Below the pieces are notes generated by a model that was not told the origin of the DNA, searched no databases, and worked only from the letters and a program-made list of their open reading frames with translations. A stretch of DNA of 64,000 bases. Origin: Gemmatimonadaceae bacterium. Lineage in GTDB: Bacteria > Gemmatimonadota > Gemmatimonadetes > Gemmatimonadales > Gemmatimonadaceae. Shown here one piece after another: positions 40,783 to 50,547 of the stretch. The position numbers and the translations under genes were made by a program. The stretch covers positions 16,059 through 80,058 of the forward strand of contig JBGAJQ010000017.1 in assembly GCA_044224875.1 (NCBI GenBank). Direction: 5' to 3'. How positions within the stretch are numbered: the first letter of the stretch is position 1; each line of letters begins with the position of its first letter.

Positions 40783-40810
40783 TTGCATATGACCCGAAAA
40801 ATCATATACT
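40783..40810 (+). promoter_or_regulatory. Candidate sigma70 promoter for the PhaF-like gene
   Basis: TTGCAT-16 nt-TATACT in an AT-rich divergent intergenic region. Confidence 0.5.
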
Positions 40811-40939
40811 TACCGCCGCCGAACGAGCCTGCCGCCACAGCCGCCTCCCCAAGGCACCCAGATGGCGCCGACAGTGACCAGCGGAACGCGACGGACATGG
40901 TCCCCGCGTGGCGGCCCACCCGACTGAGCTTTCCCCTCA

Positions 40940-41560
40940 ATGACCGAAATGGCCCCAGAAATCGACGAGAAGGGCGATGAGGATGCCTCTCCGACGCCAC
41001 CCACGCCGCCCAAACGTGGTCCGGGTCACCGAGGGCAAGACATGCGGGACACCGTGGCCGAGATGGCCGCGCGCGCGCATGAAATAAGCCTCGAGGCCGG
41101 CTCGAAGATGGCAGCCGCGATGAAGGATGTCATCGGGGCCGCCGCAGGACTCTCCGCTTTCGCGATTGAGAGCGCGCGCGACCTGGTCCAGTTCATGGTG
41201 CGGCGCGGCCAGATGACCCAGGATGAGGCTGACAAGCTCTTGCGTGAGGCCGAAGAGGCCCACGCCAAGAACCCAAAGCCGATCACGCCCAAGGCGGCGG
41301 AACCAAAGAAGCCCGTCGAAAAGTTGGCTCCGAAGCCGGCCCCTGCGCCAAAAGCACCCGTCGCCGCGGCTCCAGCGGCGCCCAGCCCCAAGCCGGCCGT
41401 TAGTGCTAAGCCGGCACCGGCTGTGCCCGCACCCACACCCGCGGCGAAGCCGCCGGCCAAGACGGCTGCTAAGACGGCGAGCGCCGCACCCAAGCCCGCG
41501 GCAAAGAAGCCCGCTGCAGCTCCGGCGAAAAAGGCGGCACCTGCCGCGAAGAAGAAGTAG
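40940..41560 (+). CDS. PhaF/phasin-like protein with a Lys/Ala/Pro-rich histone-H1-like tail
   Basis: Helical domain (ARDLVQFMVRRGQMTQDEADKLL) followed by AAKP/PAAKK repeats. Confidence 0.65.
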   Translation: MTEMAPEIDEKGDEDASPTPPTPPKRGPGHRGQDMRDTVAEMAARAHEISLEAGSKMAAAMKDVIGAAAGLSAFAIESARDLVQFMVRRGQMTQDEADKLLREAEEAHAKNPKPITPKAAEPKKPVEKLAPKPAPAPKAPVAAAPAAPSPKPAVSAKPAPAVPAPTPAAKPPAKTAAKTASAAPKPAAKKPAAAPAKKAAPAAKKK

Positions 41561-41578
41561 TCGGACCGCGGAGCAACT

Positions 41579-41622
41579 TGGGCGGCGTGACACCTCGTGT
41601 GACGCCGCCCATTTTCTTTCTT
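41579..41622 (+). terminator. Intrinsic terminator
   Basis: TGGGCGGCGT...ACGCCGCCCA stem followed by TTTTCTTTCTT. Confidence 0.7.
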
Positions 41623-41623
41623 G

Positions 41624-42598
41624 ATGCCTGTCACCGACTCGCCTCGTGTCCTGAGAGCGCGCGCACCAACGCGCATTGACTTCGGAGGCGGGTGGACTGA
41701 CGTACCGCCCTACTCGACGGAGCAAGGTGGTTGCGTGTGCAATGTCGCCATCTCCCTGTGCTCGACGGTGACGCTCCGGACGCACGCTGGCGACCACACC
41801 ATGATAAGCGCGCGCGAGGCAGACACGGCGTTGGCCAAGGCTGCTCTCGCGCGGGCTGGTGTGGTGGGCATTTCGGCCACGCTCGACAATGACTTTCCCG
41901 TGTCTGCCGGGCTCGGAGGCTCGAGCGCGGCGGGTGTTGCGATGCTTGGAGCGCTGAATCGATGGTGCCAGGAAGGGCCCGTTGACCGTGCCGCGTTGGC
42001 GGAATGGAGCCGCGACCTCGAGGTCCGAGATCTTGGCATCGCGGGTGGGCGGCAAGACCACTATGCCGCCGCGTTCGGCGGAGCCCTTGGCCTCTGGTTC
42101 GCAGAGACCACGCGCTGCAGGCAGATTCCGCTCTCGGAAACTTTTGCGACGGAATTGGCCGACCGCTGCGTCGTTGCGTATACCGGAGAGTCACGGATCT
42201 CCGCCGATACGATCACTGGTGTAATGACGGCGTATCGGGAGGATCGTGGTGTGGTGCGAACGTCACTGGCTCGTATGCGGGTGCTCGCCGAGGCGATGAT
42301 CGACGCACTCGCGCGGGAAGACCTCGACGAACTTGGTGGCTTGGTGGAGGAACAGTGGGCATGCCAGCGCGCGTTGCACCCGGCGATCCCAACGCCGCGG
42401 ATCGATGCATTGTTGGAGGACGCTCGGGTCGCCGGGGCGATCGGGGGCAAGGCGTTAGGCGCCTCGGGGGGTGGGTGTGTGGTGGCAATCGCAGCGCGCG
42501 GTCGCACCGGTGCCGTGCGCGCGGCCATGTCACAAACCGCCACGCTGCTGCCCTACCAGGTCGACATCCAGGGGTTTCGATGGGAGTTCATCACGTGA
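41624..42598 (+). CDS. GHMP family sugar kinase (HddA/fucokinase-like)
   Basis: APTRIDFGGGWTD, PVSAGLGGSSA, GGRQDHYAAAFGG and GASGGGC. Confidence 0.88.
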   Translation: MPVTDSPRVLRARAPTRIDFGGGWTDVPPYSTEQGGCVCNVAISLCSTVTLRTHAGDHTMISAREADTALAKAALARAGVVGISATLDNDFPVSAGLGGSSAAGVAMLGALNRWCQEGPVDRAALAEWSRDLEVRDLGIAGGRQDHYAAAFGGALGLWFAETTRCRQIPLSETFATELADRCVVAYTGESRISADTITGVMTAYREDRGVVRTSLARMRVLAEAMIDALAREDLDELGGLVEEQWACQRALHPAIPTPRIDALLEDARVAGAIGGKALGASGGGCVVAIAARGRTGAVRAAMSQTATLLPYQVDIQGFRWEFIT

Positions 42599-42611
42599 AC
42601 GTGGAGGGTCC

Positions 42612-43790
42612 ATGATCGACGTCCCGCGCGGCGACGCCGTCGCGTTGACGCGCGCCCTGGTGCGCATCGATTCCCGCAATCCCACCCTCGTTCGGGGCGG
42701 ACCGGGTGAAGGCGAGGTGGGCGACTTTCTCGCCCAGGTGCTGCGGACGTGGGGCCTGCGCGTGGAGCTGCAGGAGGTGGCGGAAGGCCGGCGCAACGTG
42801 GTGGCTCGGATCGGCAACGCCAAACCCGGCGCGCCGACCTTGATGTTCAATGGTCACCTCGACGTGGTGGATGTCGAAGGCATGCGCCACGCGCCATTCG
42901 AGGCGGAGTCGCGTGACGGGCGCATTTACGGGCGAGGCGCCGCGGACATGAAGAGTGGGGTCGCCGCCATGTGCGCGGCCGCAGTCCGAGCTGCCGACAC
43001 CGGTCTCACGGGCGAGGTGATCGTGGCGGCGGTGGTGGACGAGGAGTTCCAGAGTATCGGGACCCGTGCCCTGGTGGAACGCGGCATCCGGGCGGACGCC
43101 GCCATCGTGACCGAGCCGACGTCCCTGGCCATTGACCCGGCCCACAAGGGCTTCACCTGGGTGGAGGTGGTGACCCGAGGTCGCGCCGCGCACGGGAGTC
43201 GCTACGAGATTGGCGTCGATGCCATTCGTCACGCCGGATTGCTGCTGGCAGAGTTGCAGCGTCTTGAGCTCGAGGAACTTACGCAGCGCACGCACGCGCT
43301 GCTCGGTCGCGCCTCGCTGCATGCGGCGACCATCGCTGGGGGTGTGGCATGGTCCACCTATCCCGACAGCTGCACGCTCACGATCGAGCGACGCACGTTG
43401 CCCGGGGAGCGCACAGACGACGTGATGCGTGAGATTCGTGAGGCGTGTGCGCGGGTCGGCACCCGCACCGAAGGGTTCGACGCCGAGGTGCGGCATGTCT
43501 TTTCCCAGGAACCATCGGACGTGGCGACGGATGCTCCGATCGTCATGGCGTTAGGCGCCGCCCTTCGCAGCGAGTCAGAGCGTGTCTCCCTCCAGGGCAT
43601 GACCGCCTGGACGGACGCCGCGCTGCTGAACGCGGCCGGCATCCCAGCGATCCTCTTTGGCCCGGGTGACATTGCCCAGGCGCATGCCGCCGAAGAATGG
43701 GTCGAGACCGACCAGGTGGAGCGCGCAGCACGGGTCCTCGCTCGGCTGGCATCCACATGGTGCAGCGAAGGTGCGCCGTGGCGCGGCTGA
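42612..43790 (+). CDS. M20 family deacylase (ArgE/DapE-like)
   Basis: FNGHLDVV, GRGAADMKSG, DEE, EPT, GRAAHGS and AHAAEEW. Confidence 0.9.
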   Translation: MIDVPRGDAVALTRALVRIDSRNPTLVRGGPGEGEVGDFLAQVLRTWGLRVELQEVAEGRRNVVARIGNAKPGAPTLMFNGHLDVVDVEGMRHAPFEAESRDGRIYGRGAADMKSGVAAMCAAAVRAADTGLTGEVIVAAVVDEEFQSIGTRALVERGIRADAAIVTEPTSLAIDPAHKGFTWVEVVTRGRAAHGSRYEIGVDAIRHAGLLLAELQRLELEELTQRTHALLGRASLHAATIAGGVAWSTYPDSCTLTIERRTLPGERTDDVMREIREACARVGTRTEGFDAEVRHVFSQEPSDVATDAPIVMALGAALRSESERVSLQGMTAWTDAALLNAAGIPAILFGPGDIAQAHAAEEWVETDQVERAARVLARLASTWCSEGAPWRG

Positions 43791-43999
43791 CGCCGGCGGA
43801 CTATGACGCGCTGGAGGGCGCCATCCGCGACGGACGTCGCGTCGCGGTCGTGCGCCACGGCATGGAGTTGGTGGTGCTGCCGGTGCGCATTTATCCCAGA
43901 AATGGCGGCGAAGTCCTCGAGGCCAAGCACCCGTCGACCGGAGAACGCGTGACGTTTGAGCTGGCACACATCGAGTCATTCGAGGTGGTGCGGTGGTAG
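43778..43999 (+). CDS. Small protein with a WYL/Sm-like pattern
   Basis: LEGAIRDGRRVAV...VLPVRI...LEA...GERVTFELAHIESF; overlaps both neighbours. Confidence 0.65.
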   Translation: MARLTPADYDALEGAIRDGRRVAVVRHGMELVVLPVRIYPRNGGEVLEAKHPSTGERVTFELAHIESFEVVRW

Positions 44000-44607
44000 G
44001 CGATCCGCCCCTCGTCGCTGTCTATGCTGACGAGTCCTGCTTGGGCAACGGGCGTGATGGCGAAAACCCCGGCGGCGCAGGTGTCCTTGTGGAGTACCTC
44101 CTGAAGGGAGAGTGCCGTCGCTTTGACCTGTGGGTATCGGAGCCGGCAACCACGAACAATCGGATGGCACTGCGTTCCGTGATCGAGACTTTTCGCGCGC
44201 TCTCGCGTAAGGGACGCACGCTGCGCGTCGTCTTCACCACGGACTCGCGTTACATCGTGGACGGCATGTCACAATGGGTGCACGATTGGGCTAGGCGTGG
44301 CTGGCGCCGGAAGAGCGGCGCCATTGAGAACCTCGAGTTGTGGCAGGAAGCCGTGGAGGTTGCCCGCCCACACGAGGTCTCGTGGCGCTGGGTGCGCGGG
44401 CACAACGGCCATGCGCAAAACGAGTATGCCAATGACCTCGCGGTGCGCGCCGCCGAAACGCTTACCATCTCCGACTCACTCGTCGATAGCGAGTTCCAAC
44501 AGTGGCTGGACGCGCGCAAGACAAAGCTCACCCCCGATCCCTTTCCCGATGCCACAGCCTTCCGCGCCGGATCGCGGTTACCGAGTGCTGCGGGGGCGCG
44601 TCCGTGA
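43993..44607 (+). CDS. rnhA: Ribonuclease HI
   Basis: YADESCLGN...NPGG, TTNNRM, TDSRY, NLELW and WVRGHNGHAQNEYANDLA. Confidence 0.9.
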   Translation: MVGDPPLVAVYADESCLGNGRDGENPGGAGVLVEYLLKGECRRFDLWVSEPATTNNRMALRSVIETFRALSRKGRTLRVVFTTDSRYIVDGMSQWVHDWARRGWRRKSGAIENLELWQEAVEVARPHEVSWRWVRGHNGHAQNEYANDLAVRAAETLTISDSLVDSEFQQWLDARKTKLTPDPFPDATAFRAGSRLPSAAGARP

Positions 44608-44658
44608 TCGTCTGCTCTCTTCACGCCCTTTGGCCCCGAGACCGGGGTATGTTATCGC

Positions 44659-45393
44659 ATGGACGAACTTGATCGAGTCTACCGACGCCTGGTCCAGAAC
44701 ATCCGGGCCGCGTTTCCAGAACTGCTGACGCGTCCGTTCGAGGTCGCGAAGATCTACCAGCAAGTCATTCCCTATCGCACGAATCGCCGCGAACTGGGGT
44801 TCGAGACCAATGAGGATTACGAGCTCACGCTCACGCAGCTCCTTTCTGGAGCGCGGGGCCTCCTCATGGGTGACGACGAAATGCAGAACGCCCTGCGCGG
44901 GGAACTCGAGTCTCCGAACCCGGACCTTTCCGCGTATCGAGCGTTCGCTACATCCATGGTGACGCTTGCACCGGAGGCGCTGCGCGCCTTGGACGCGCAA
45001 CCGGCCATGCGGCCGACGCCTACTGCCAGCGACCTGCCCCCGGCCGCTCGGTCTGCAATCGACCAGGCTCGCCTTGCGTCGCGCGCGACCGAAGAAGTCG
45101 TTACGCGACGCGCCGGCGACGTTGCCCCTTCGCATGGAGCTGGAGCCTCGCCGCCATTGGGATCGCGCGGTCGCGTCGAGCGACCGGCGACAGCTGCACC
45201 GGCAATTGCCGCGAGTTCGGCGCCTAGCGGACCAGGTTGCCCGTACTGCGCAGGAACGCTGCCGGAAGGCAAGCAAGTAGTGTTCTGCCCGCACTGTGGC
45301 CAGGATCTCACCGTGAAGCATTGCCCGGCTTGCAACACGGAGCTGGAAGTTGGCTGGAAGTTCTGCATCACCTGCGGCCGAGGGGTGGAGTAG
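44659..45393 (+). CDS. Double zinc-ribbon domain protein
   Basis: C-terminal CPYC, CPHC, CPAC and CITC after a low-complexity linker. Confidence 0.8.
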   Translation: MDELDRVYRRLVQNIRAAFPELLTRPFEVAKIYQQVIPYRTNRRELGFETNEDYELTLTQLLSGARGLLMGDDEMQNALRGELESPNPDLSAYRAFATSMVTLAPEALRALDAQPAMRPTPTASDLPPAARSAIDQARLASRATEEVVTRRAGDVAPSHGAGASPPLGSRGRVERPATAAPAIAASSAPSGPGCPYCAGTLPEGKQVVFCPHCGQDLTVKHCPACNTELEVGWKFCITCGRGVE

Positions 45394-45471
45394 TCACGCG
45401 AACTTGACGGCGCGACGCCGGGTATGCTGACGGACCGAAACACATCCCCTTTTGGTGCGTTGTGAGAGCGT

Positions 45472-46626
45472 ATGTTCGTCACGAAGAATACTCGGCGCTT
45501 TGCCGGGGTTGCCTGGGCGCTGGGCGCGATCGCTTGCGCGCCGCGAGGACCGGTCGTCGTACAGGCCACGCCCGCGGATGCGGAGGAGCCCAGGACGACC
45601 ACCGGAGGGAGCGCCCCTCCAGCCACACGATCCACGGTTCGCGACGTGGTGTGGCGCGTATACGCTCGCGACCACGTGGATTTGTGGCTGCACGGTTTTG
45701 CCATGTTGCAGGGCGACTCCACGCTCATACCGTACTATCGGCCGGGCTACCGGGAGCAGCTGACGAGAATCCGGCGTGAGCGCGGCGTCACGAGTTCGCT
45801 GGACGCGAATCGTGACCGTCTTGCGAGTTACCTCGCGGCCAATCCTCGGCTGATCGCCGCACAGTTCATCCCGCTGTACTTCGAGACATGGGACGCGATG
45901 CGTCAGGGGTTCGACCTGTTCCTTCGCGCGAACGGCAATCCGCGGTACGGTCGTGACGACTACGCCTCGCGTGTGATCGCCACGTTTGCCGCGTCATTCC
46001 CGAACAGCGCGGACCGGGATTGGGCGCGCAGTTTTGTCCAGGCGTTGGATGACGAACGGGTGCGGTTCTACCGCGACTACTGGCTGTCCGAGACACGAGC
46101 ACGAGAGGGCGCACGAACGGTGTTCGAGCGGATGTGGCAGGACACGTACCGCCAACGACTGCGTCCTTTCTTCGTGAACGCGCAACAGGATGACGGGGAC
46201 CTTCTGCTGTCACTGCCGTTAGGCGGGGAGGGACGCACGGTGCCAGTCGGCCGGCGCGAGAACTATGTCGCGGTTACCTATCCTGAGAATGAAGCTCGTG
46301 CAACGGATGCGTTGTTTGTGCTGGCACACGAAGTGGCTGGCGCACCCGCAGCGCTGGCGATTCGCGACAATACGACGCCAGCGGAGCAACGAGACGGGAC
46401 GAGCGACCGCTACGCGAGCTTGGGTGCGGTGCGTGGGGGCGCTGCCATTCTCGCACGCGTGGCGCCGGAGCTCGTGGCGAACTATCAGCGATACTACCTG
46501 GGCGTGGCGCGCGCGTCGGTCCCAGAGGGAGATCCTGCCGCCGCCTTCGAGCGCACCTTCCCGCTCCCCAGCGCGATCCGTGACGCAATCGTCCGTCAAG
46601 TCGATATGATTCTCGGAGGCATCTGA
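45472..46626 (+). CDS. Hypothetical lipoprotein
   Basis: AIAC lipobox and a long helical ORF with high-GC codon usage. Confidence 0.7.
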   Translation: MFVTKNTRRFAGVAWALGAIACAPRGPVVVQATPADAEEPRTTTGGSAPPATRSTVRDVVWRVYARDHVDLWLHGFAMLQGDSTLIPYYRPGYREQLTRIRRERGVTSSLDANRDRLASYLAANPRLIAAQFIPLYFETWDAMRQGFDLFLRANGNPRYGRDDYASRVIATFAASFPNSADRDWARSFVQALDDERVRFYRDYWLSETRAREGARTVFERMWQDTYRQRLRPFFVNAQQDDGDLLLSLPLGGEGRTVPVGRRENYVAVTYPENEARATDALFVLAHEVAGAPAALAIRDNTTPAEQRDGTSDRYASLGAVRGGAAILARVAPELVANYQRYYLGVARASVPEGDPAAAFERTFPLPSAIRDAIVRQVDMILGGI

Positions 46627-46635
46627 CTTCCGCTC

Positions 46636-47490
46636 ATGGCCGACGAACCGTCTCCCTCCCAACCCTCCCCGCTCGTTCCGGCAGCCCTGGACCGGGCCGC
46701 GCTTGAACGCGTGCTGGCGCGCGCGGCCGAACTTCAGGCGCACACGGCCGAGCCGGCCGAAGGCATGAGTGAAGCGCAGCTCGAAGCGTTAGGCGCCGAA
46801 GTGGGTATTTCAAAGGAGCACGTTCGTCAGGCAATCGCCGAAGAGCGGACGCGTGTCGCGGTCCCGGACGAGCGAGGCTTCGTCGGCGCGTGGTTTGGCC
46901 CTGCGTTCGCGACGGCCTCGCGCGTGGTTCGCGGCAAGCCGGAGCAGGTATTGGCTCTTCTGGATCAGTGGATGCAGACCGAAGAGGGCTTGCGCCCACG
47001 TCGGCGCTTTGCCGACCGACGGACGTGGGAGGCTCGGCGCGACTTCATCTCGTCTCTGCAGACGGGCTTCAACATCAAGGGCCGCGCTTACGCGCTCACT
47101 CTATCGACAGAAGTCGCAGCAACGGTCGTGGCAGTGGACAGCGAGCGCGTGATTGTCCGGCTGGATGCTGACGTTCACACGTCGAGGCGCCGCGTAGCGG
47201 TCTGGACGGGAATCGCTACCGGCGGGATGTGGACGACGGCTGCTGGCCTGGTGGGCGCGGCGGCTAGCATACCGAATGCGTCGATGCTGGTCGCCGGGGT
47301 CGTGGCAACCGTTTGGTCGCTCGTTGGTGCCGCGATAGGCGTTGGTCTGGCCGGCAGCCAGCGGCGGCGCACGTCGCGGGCCCAACTCGCGTTGGAGCAG
47401 ATCCTCGACCGGTTGGAGCGAGGGGAGATACAGCAGCCGCGTGGGGGAGCCACCGCGCTGCTCGACCTGCTGGTCCCGACGCGACGCTGA
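46636..47490 (+). CDS. Hypothetical membrane protein (two C-terminal TM helices)
   Basis: N-terminal helical ERVLARAAELQ...EVGIS and a hydrophobic hairpin. Confidence 0.7.
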   Translation: MADEPSPSQPSPLVPAALDRAALERVLARAAELQAHTAEPAEGMSEAQLEALGAEVGISKEHVRQAIAEERTRVAVPDERGFVGAWFGPAFATASRVVRGKPEQVLALLDQWMQTEEGLRPRRRFADRRTWEARRDFISSLQTGFNIKGRAYALTLSTEVAATVVAVDSERVIVRLDADVHTSRRRVAVWTGIATGGMWTTAAGLVGAAASIPNASMLVAGVVATVWSLVGAAIGVGLAGSQRRRTSRAQLALEQILDRLERGEIQQPRGGATALLDLLVPTRR

Positions 47491-47546
47491 AGTGACCTGA
47501 CCCCGCGACACTTACCGCACGCCAAGCGTGTGGACACGTTTCCCGT

Positions 47547-48434
47547 ATGAGCGAGATCCAGCGCGTGGGTGTGGTTGGTGGCGGCCTGATGGGCGCAGGT
47601 ATTGTCCAAGTCGCCGCCACGTCCGGCTTTCAGGTCGTCTGCCGCGAGGTGAGTAACACCCACTGCGAGCGAGCCCACAGCGCGGTGCGTCGCAACCTCG
47701 ACAAGGGGGTGGAGAAAGGGAAGTTGACGGCGACGGTGCGCGATGCCTCGTTAGGCAGGGTGCAGTTTGTCACCGACCTGGCGGCCGTTGCCCACACGGA
47801 CCTGGTGGTGGAAGCAATCGTCGAAGACCTCACGGAAAAGTTAGCCCTGTGGAGGGCATTGGACGCTCTGGCACCGGCGGCGACGCTGTTCGCTTCCAAT
47901 ACCTCCAGCCTGTCCATTGCGAGTCAGGCGTCCGCGACCACACGCGGTGACCGGTTCGTGGGACTCCACTTCTTCAACCCAGTGCCGGCGATGCCGCTGG
48001 TAGAGGTCGTGCGAACCATCACCACCAGCGACGCCACACACCGCGCAGCCCATGCGTTCGTCACTCGGTTGGGGAAGGTCGCCATCGATACGCGCGATAC
48101 TCCCGGTTTCGTGGTGAACCGCCTCCTCGTCCCTTACATGCTGGACGCGGTGCGGGCGTTGGAGCAGGGGACGGGTTCGGTACGGGACCTCGACATTGGA
48201 ATGACGCTGGGTGCGGGGCATCCGATGGGGCCGCTCGCGTTGTGCGACTATGTCGGGCTGGACACCTTGCAGCGTGTGGCGGAGTCGATGTTCAAGGAGT
48301 ATTGTGAGCCTCGGTTCGCCCCACCCCCGCTGTTGCGTCGAATGGTTGCGTCCGGCCTGCTGGGCCGGAAGAATGGATCGGGCTTCTACCGGTACGGCGC
48401 CGAGGAGCCCGAGCCGAATACCTTCATGGGGTGA
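47547..48434 (+). CDS. 3-hydroxyacyl(butyryl)-CoA dehydrogenase
   Basis: GGGLMGAG, EAIVE, SNTSS, GLHFFNP, PGFVVNR and HPMGP. Confidence 0.93.
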   Translation: MSEIQRVGVVGGGLMGAGIVQVAATSGFQVVCREVSNTHCERAHSAVRRNLDKGVEKGKLTATVRDASLGRVQFVTDLAAVAHTDLVVEAIVEDLTEKLALWRALDALAPAATLFASNTSSLSIASQASATTRGDRFVGLHFFNPVPAMPLVEVVRTITTSDATHRAAHAFVTRLGKVAIDTRDTPGFVVNRLLVPYMLDAVRALEQGTGSVRDLDIGMTLGAGHPMGPLALCDYVGLDTLQRVAESMFKEYCEPRFAPPPLLRRMVASGLLGRKNGSGFYRYGAEEPEPNTFMG

Positions 48435-48447
48435 GCGGTTCCGAGTG

Positions 48448-49986
48448 ATGTCGCATCGCGGAATGTTGCTGCTGTCGATAGGAAGCATGCTACTGGCCGC
48501 TCCGAGCGGTTTCCTCGGCGCGCAGGGCAGCGAGTCGCGGACCGGTATCGTTCGCGGTTTTGTGTACGACAGTATTGCCCGCGCGCCGCTGTCGGGAGCG
48601 GTGGTGCAGGTGATGCGGCTGGGCGCCGATGTGGAACACGCGGCGCGGCGCACCTCGACCACGGATTCGGTCGGACGCTACGAGGTGCCCGACGTGCCGG
48701 ATGGCCAGTTCGTCGTCGGGTTCTTCCACCCAAAGCTAGATTCGTTAGGCATCGAGGCGCCCGTCGTGCGCGGTACCATGCCGGTGCGCGGCGCACGCAA
48801 CGTCGACCTCGCGGTGCCGTCCGCCAGGACGGTGGTCGCGTCCTCGTGCGGCACTCGAGCGGCCTGGGATTCCCTGGGGCTCGTGGCTGGCTACGTGCTG
48901 CATCCCGCGCACCTTGGCCCCCGCGACGACGCCACCGTGCGGGCGCGCTGGAGCGAGATTGTCATCGACAAGGACGGCGCCCGGGCCTCCACACGAGAGG
49001 CATACACCATCACGGCAACCAGCGGGTGGTTCGGTCTCTGCGGCATTCCCCACGGCGCCCTGGTGCTGGTACGCGTCACGTCGCAGGCGGACACGGGCTC
49101 GTTCATTGAAATCGAGGTGCCTGACGATGGCATCCTGGTCCGCTCGCTCTATCTGGGCAGCGAGCCGATCATGCACGACCGCACGGACGACGCCGGGCGC
49201 GATACCAGCGCCGCAGCCACCGACTCCACGGCGTCCAGCTCCAACGCTCCCGCGCCCCCAAGGATCACCAGATCTCCGTCCCCTCGCGCCAGGATCAACG
49301 GCGTCATCACCACGACCTTCGGCGAACCCGTCGCCAACGCCCGCGTGCGCATCTGGGGGGGACAGTATGCGACCGTCACCAACGAGGAGGGCGCATACGC
49401 GCTGAGCGACGTCCCTGCGGGCACCCATACCCTGGAGGTGCGCAAGATCGGCTTTGTCCCGTCGCGCTTGGCGGTCGACGTGCTGGGTGACAGCGAGCCA
49501 ACACGGGTGGATGTGAGCATCAGTGACTTTCCAACCGTCATCGACACCGTGCGCGTGATGGCCATGCGGCCACGCGCCCTATCGGCGGGCTCGTTTGAGT
49601 ACCGCCGTCAGCTCGGCTTCGGGACGTTTCTGGATGCGGAGCAGATTGAACGCCGACTTCCACAACAATTCACTGACTTGATTCGCAGCACACGTGGTGT
49701 GCTGTTGAGTTCGAACGGCACGTCCAGCGCCACCGTGCAGATGGAAGGCAACAGTCCCGGCGTCGCGTGTGAGCCGTTGCTCGTGCTCGACGGCCAGCGC
49801 GTCCCGCTGATGGGCATGAATATCAATGAGTTGATCCCGGCGGCGATCGTTCGAGCCGTCGAGATTTACCCGAGGCGCATGGAAGCGCCGCCGGAGTACC
49901 AGACCGCGGACTGCGGTTCCATCGTCGTCTGGACGGGCGCGCGGGGCTGGCTCGCCAAGCGTACGAAGGGATCGGCCAAGCGATAG
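48448..49986 (+). CDS. Secreted protein with CarboxypepD_reg-like domains and a C-terminal TonB-plug-like domain
   Basis: Signal peptide, GFVYDSIARAPLSGA, GEPVANARV and VRAVEIY...CGSIVVWT. Confidence 0.75.
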   Translation: MSHRGMLLLSIGSMLLAAPSGFLGAQGSESRTGIVRGFVYDSIARAPLSGAVVQVMRLGADVEHAARRTSTTDSVGRYEVPDVPDGQFVVGFFHPKLDSLGIEAPVVRGTMPVRGARNVDLAVPSARTVVASSCGTRAAWDSLGLVAGYVLHPAHLGPRDDATVRARWSEIVIDKDGARASTREAYTITATSGWFGLCGIPHGALVLVRVTSQADTGSFIEIEVPDDGILVRSLYLGSEPIMHDRTDDAGRDTSAAATDSTASSSNAPAPPRITRSPSPRARINGVITTTFGEPVANARVRIWGGQYATVTNEEGAYALSDVPAGTHTLEVRKIGFVPSRLAVDVLGDSEPTRVDVSISDFPTVIDTVRVMAMRPRALSAGSFEYRRQLGFGTFLDAEQIERRLPQQFTDLIRSTRGVLLSSNGTSSATVQMEGNSPGVACEPLLVLDGQRVPLMGMNINELIPAAIVRAVEIYPRRMEAPPEYQTADCGSIVVWTGARGWLAKRTKGSAKR

Positions 49987-50112
49987 GCAAGTGCTCGAAG
50001 CCAGTCGCTGACGCGACGGTCCGGCAGCGGTAGCCCTGAGGCGTGCGGCGCGGTATTCTGCGCCAGATTCAACCGTGGACTGTCAGGGATGCGCATGCGA
50101 CCGTGGAACCAG

Positions 50113-50547
50113 ATGCTGACTCGACGCCTGCGCGTTTGGTCCACGTTCACGTTAGGCCTTCTGGCCTGCGGACCGGCGCGGGAAGCTGAATCCAACAAGC
50201 CGGCCGCCGCCGTCGCTGTGACTCAGGCCGCCCCAGACGTCGCGCGGACGCCGTCCCGCGGGTTCCGATCGCGTGACCGGCTGGAGGAGCACTTCCAGAA
50301 GCATGGTCGAGAGTTCGGACGGCTCACGATCGAACAATACCTCAAGCAGGCGCAGTCGCTACGCGACACCACAGTCGGTGGCGATATCCTGGAAATCACG
50401 CGGGAGGACGGGGTTGTTTCGCGGTTCGACCGTGCGTCCGGTGCGTTCATTGCCTTCGATCGGGACGGCACCATTCGCACCTTCTTTCGTCCAAACGATG
50501 GCGAGCGGTACTTTCATCGGCAGGCCAAACGGAGTCCCACGCGATGA
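50113..50547 (+). CDS. Putative lipoprotein carrying a toxin-like (probable RNase) domain
   Basis: LLAC lipobox; LEEHFQKHGREFG...YLKQA...DGTIRTFFRP resembles polymorphic-toxin tips from recall. Confidence 0.6.
   Translation: MLTRRLRVWSTFTLGLLACGPAREAESNKPAAAVAVTQAAPDVARTPSRGFRSRDRLEEHFQKHGREFGRLTIEQYLKQAQSLRDTTVGGDILEITREDGVVSRFDRASGAFIAFDRDGTIRTFFRPNDGERYFHRQAKRSPTR

Noticed and set aside
45404..45428. TTGACG...TATGCT promoter-like pair
   Set aside because: The spacer is only 13 nt.
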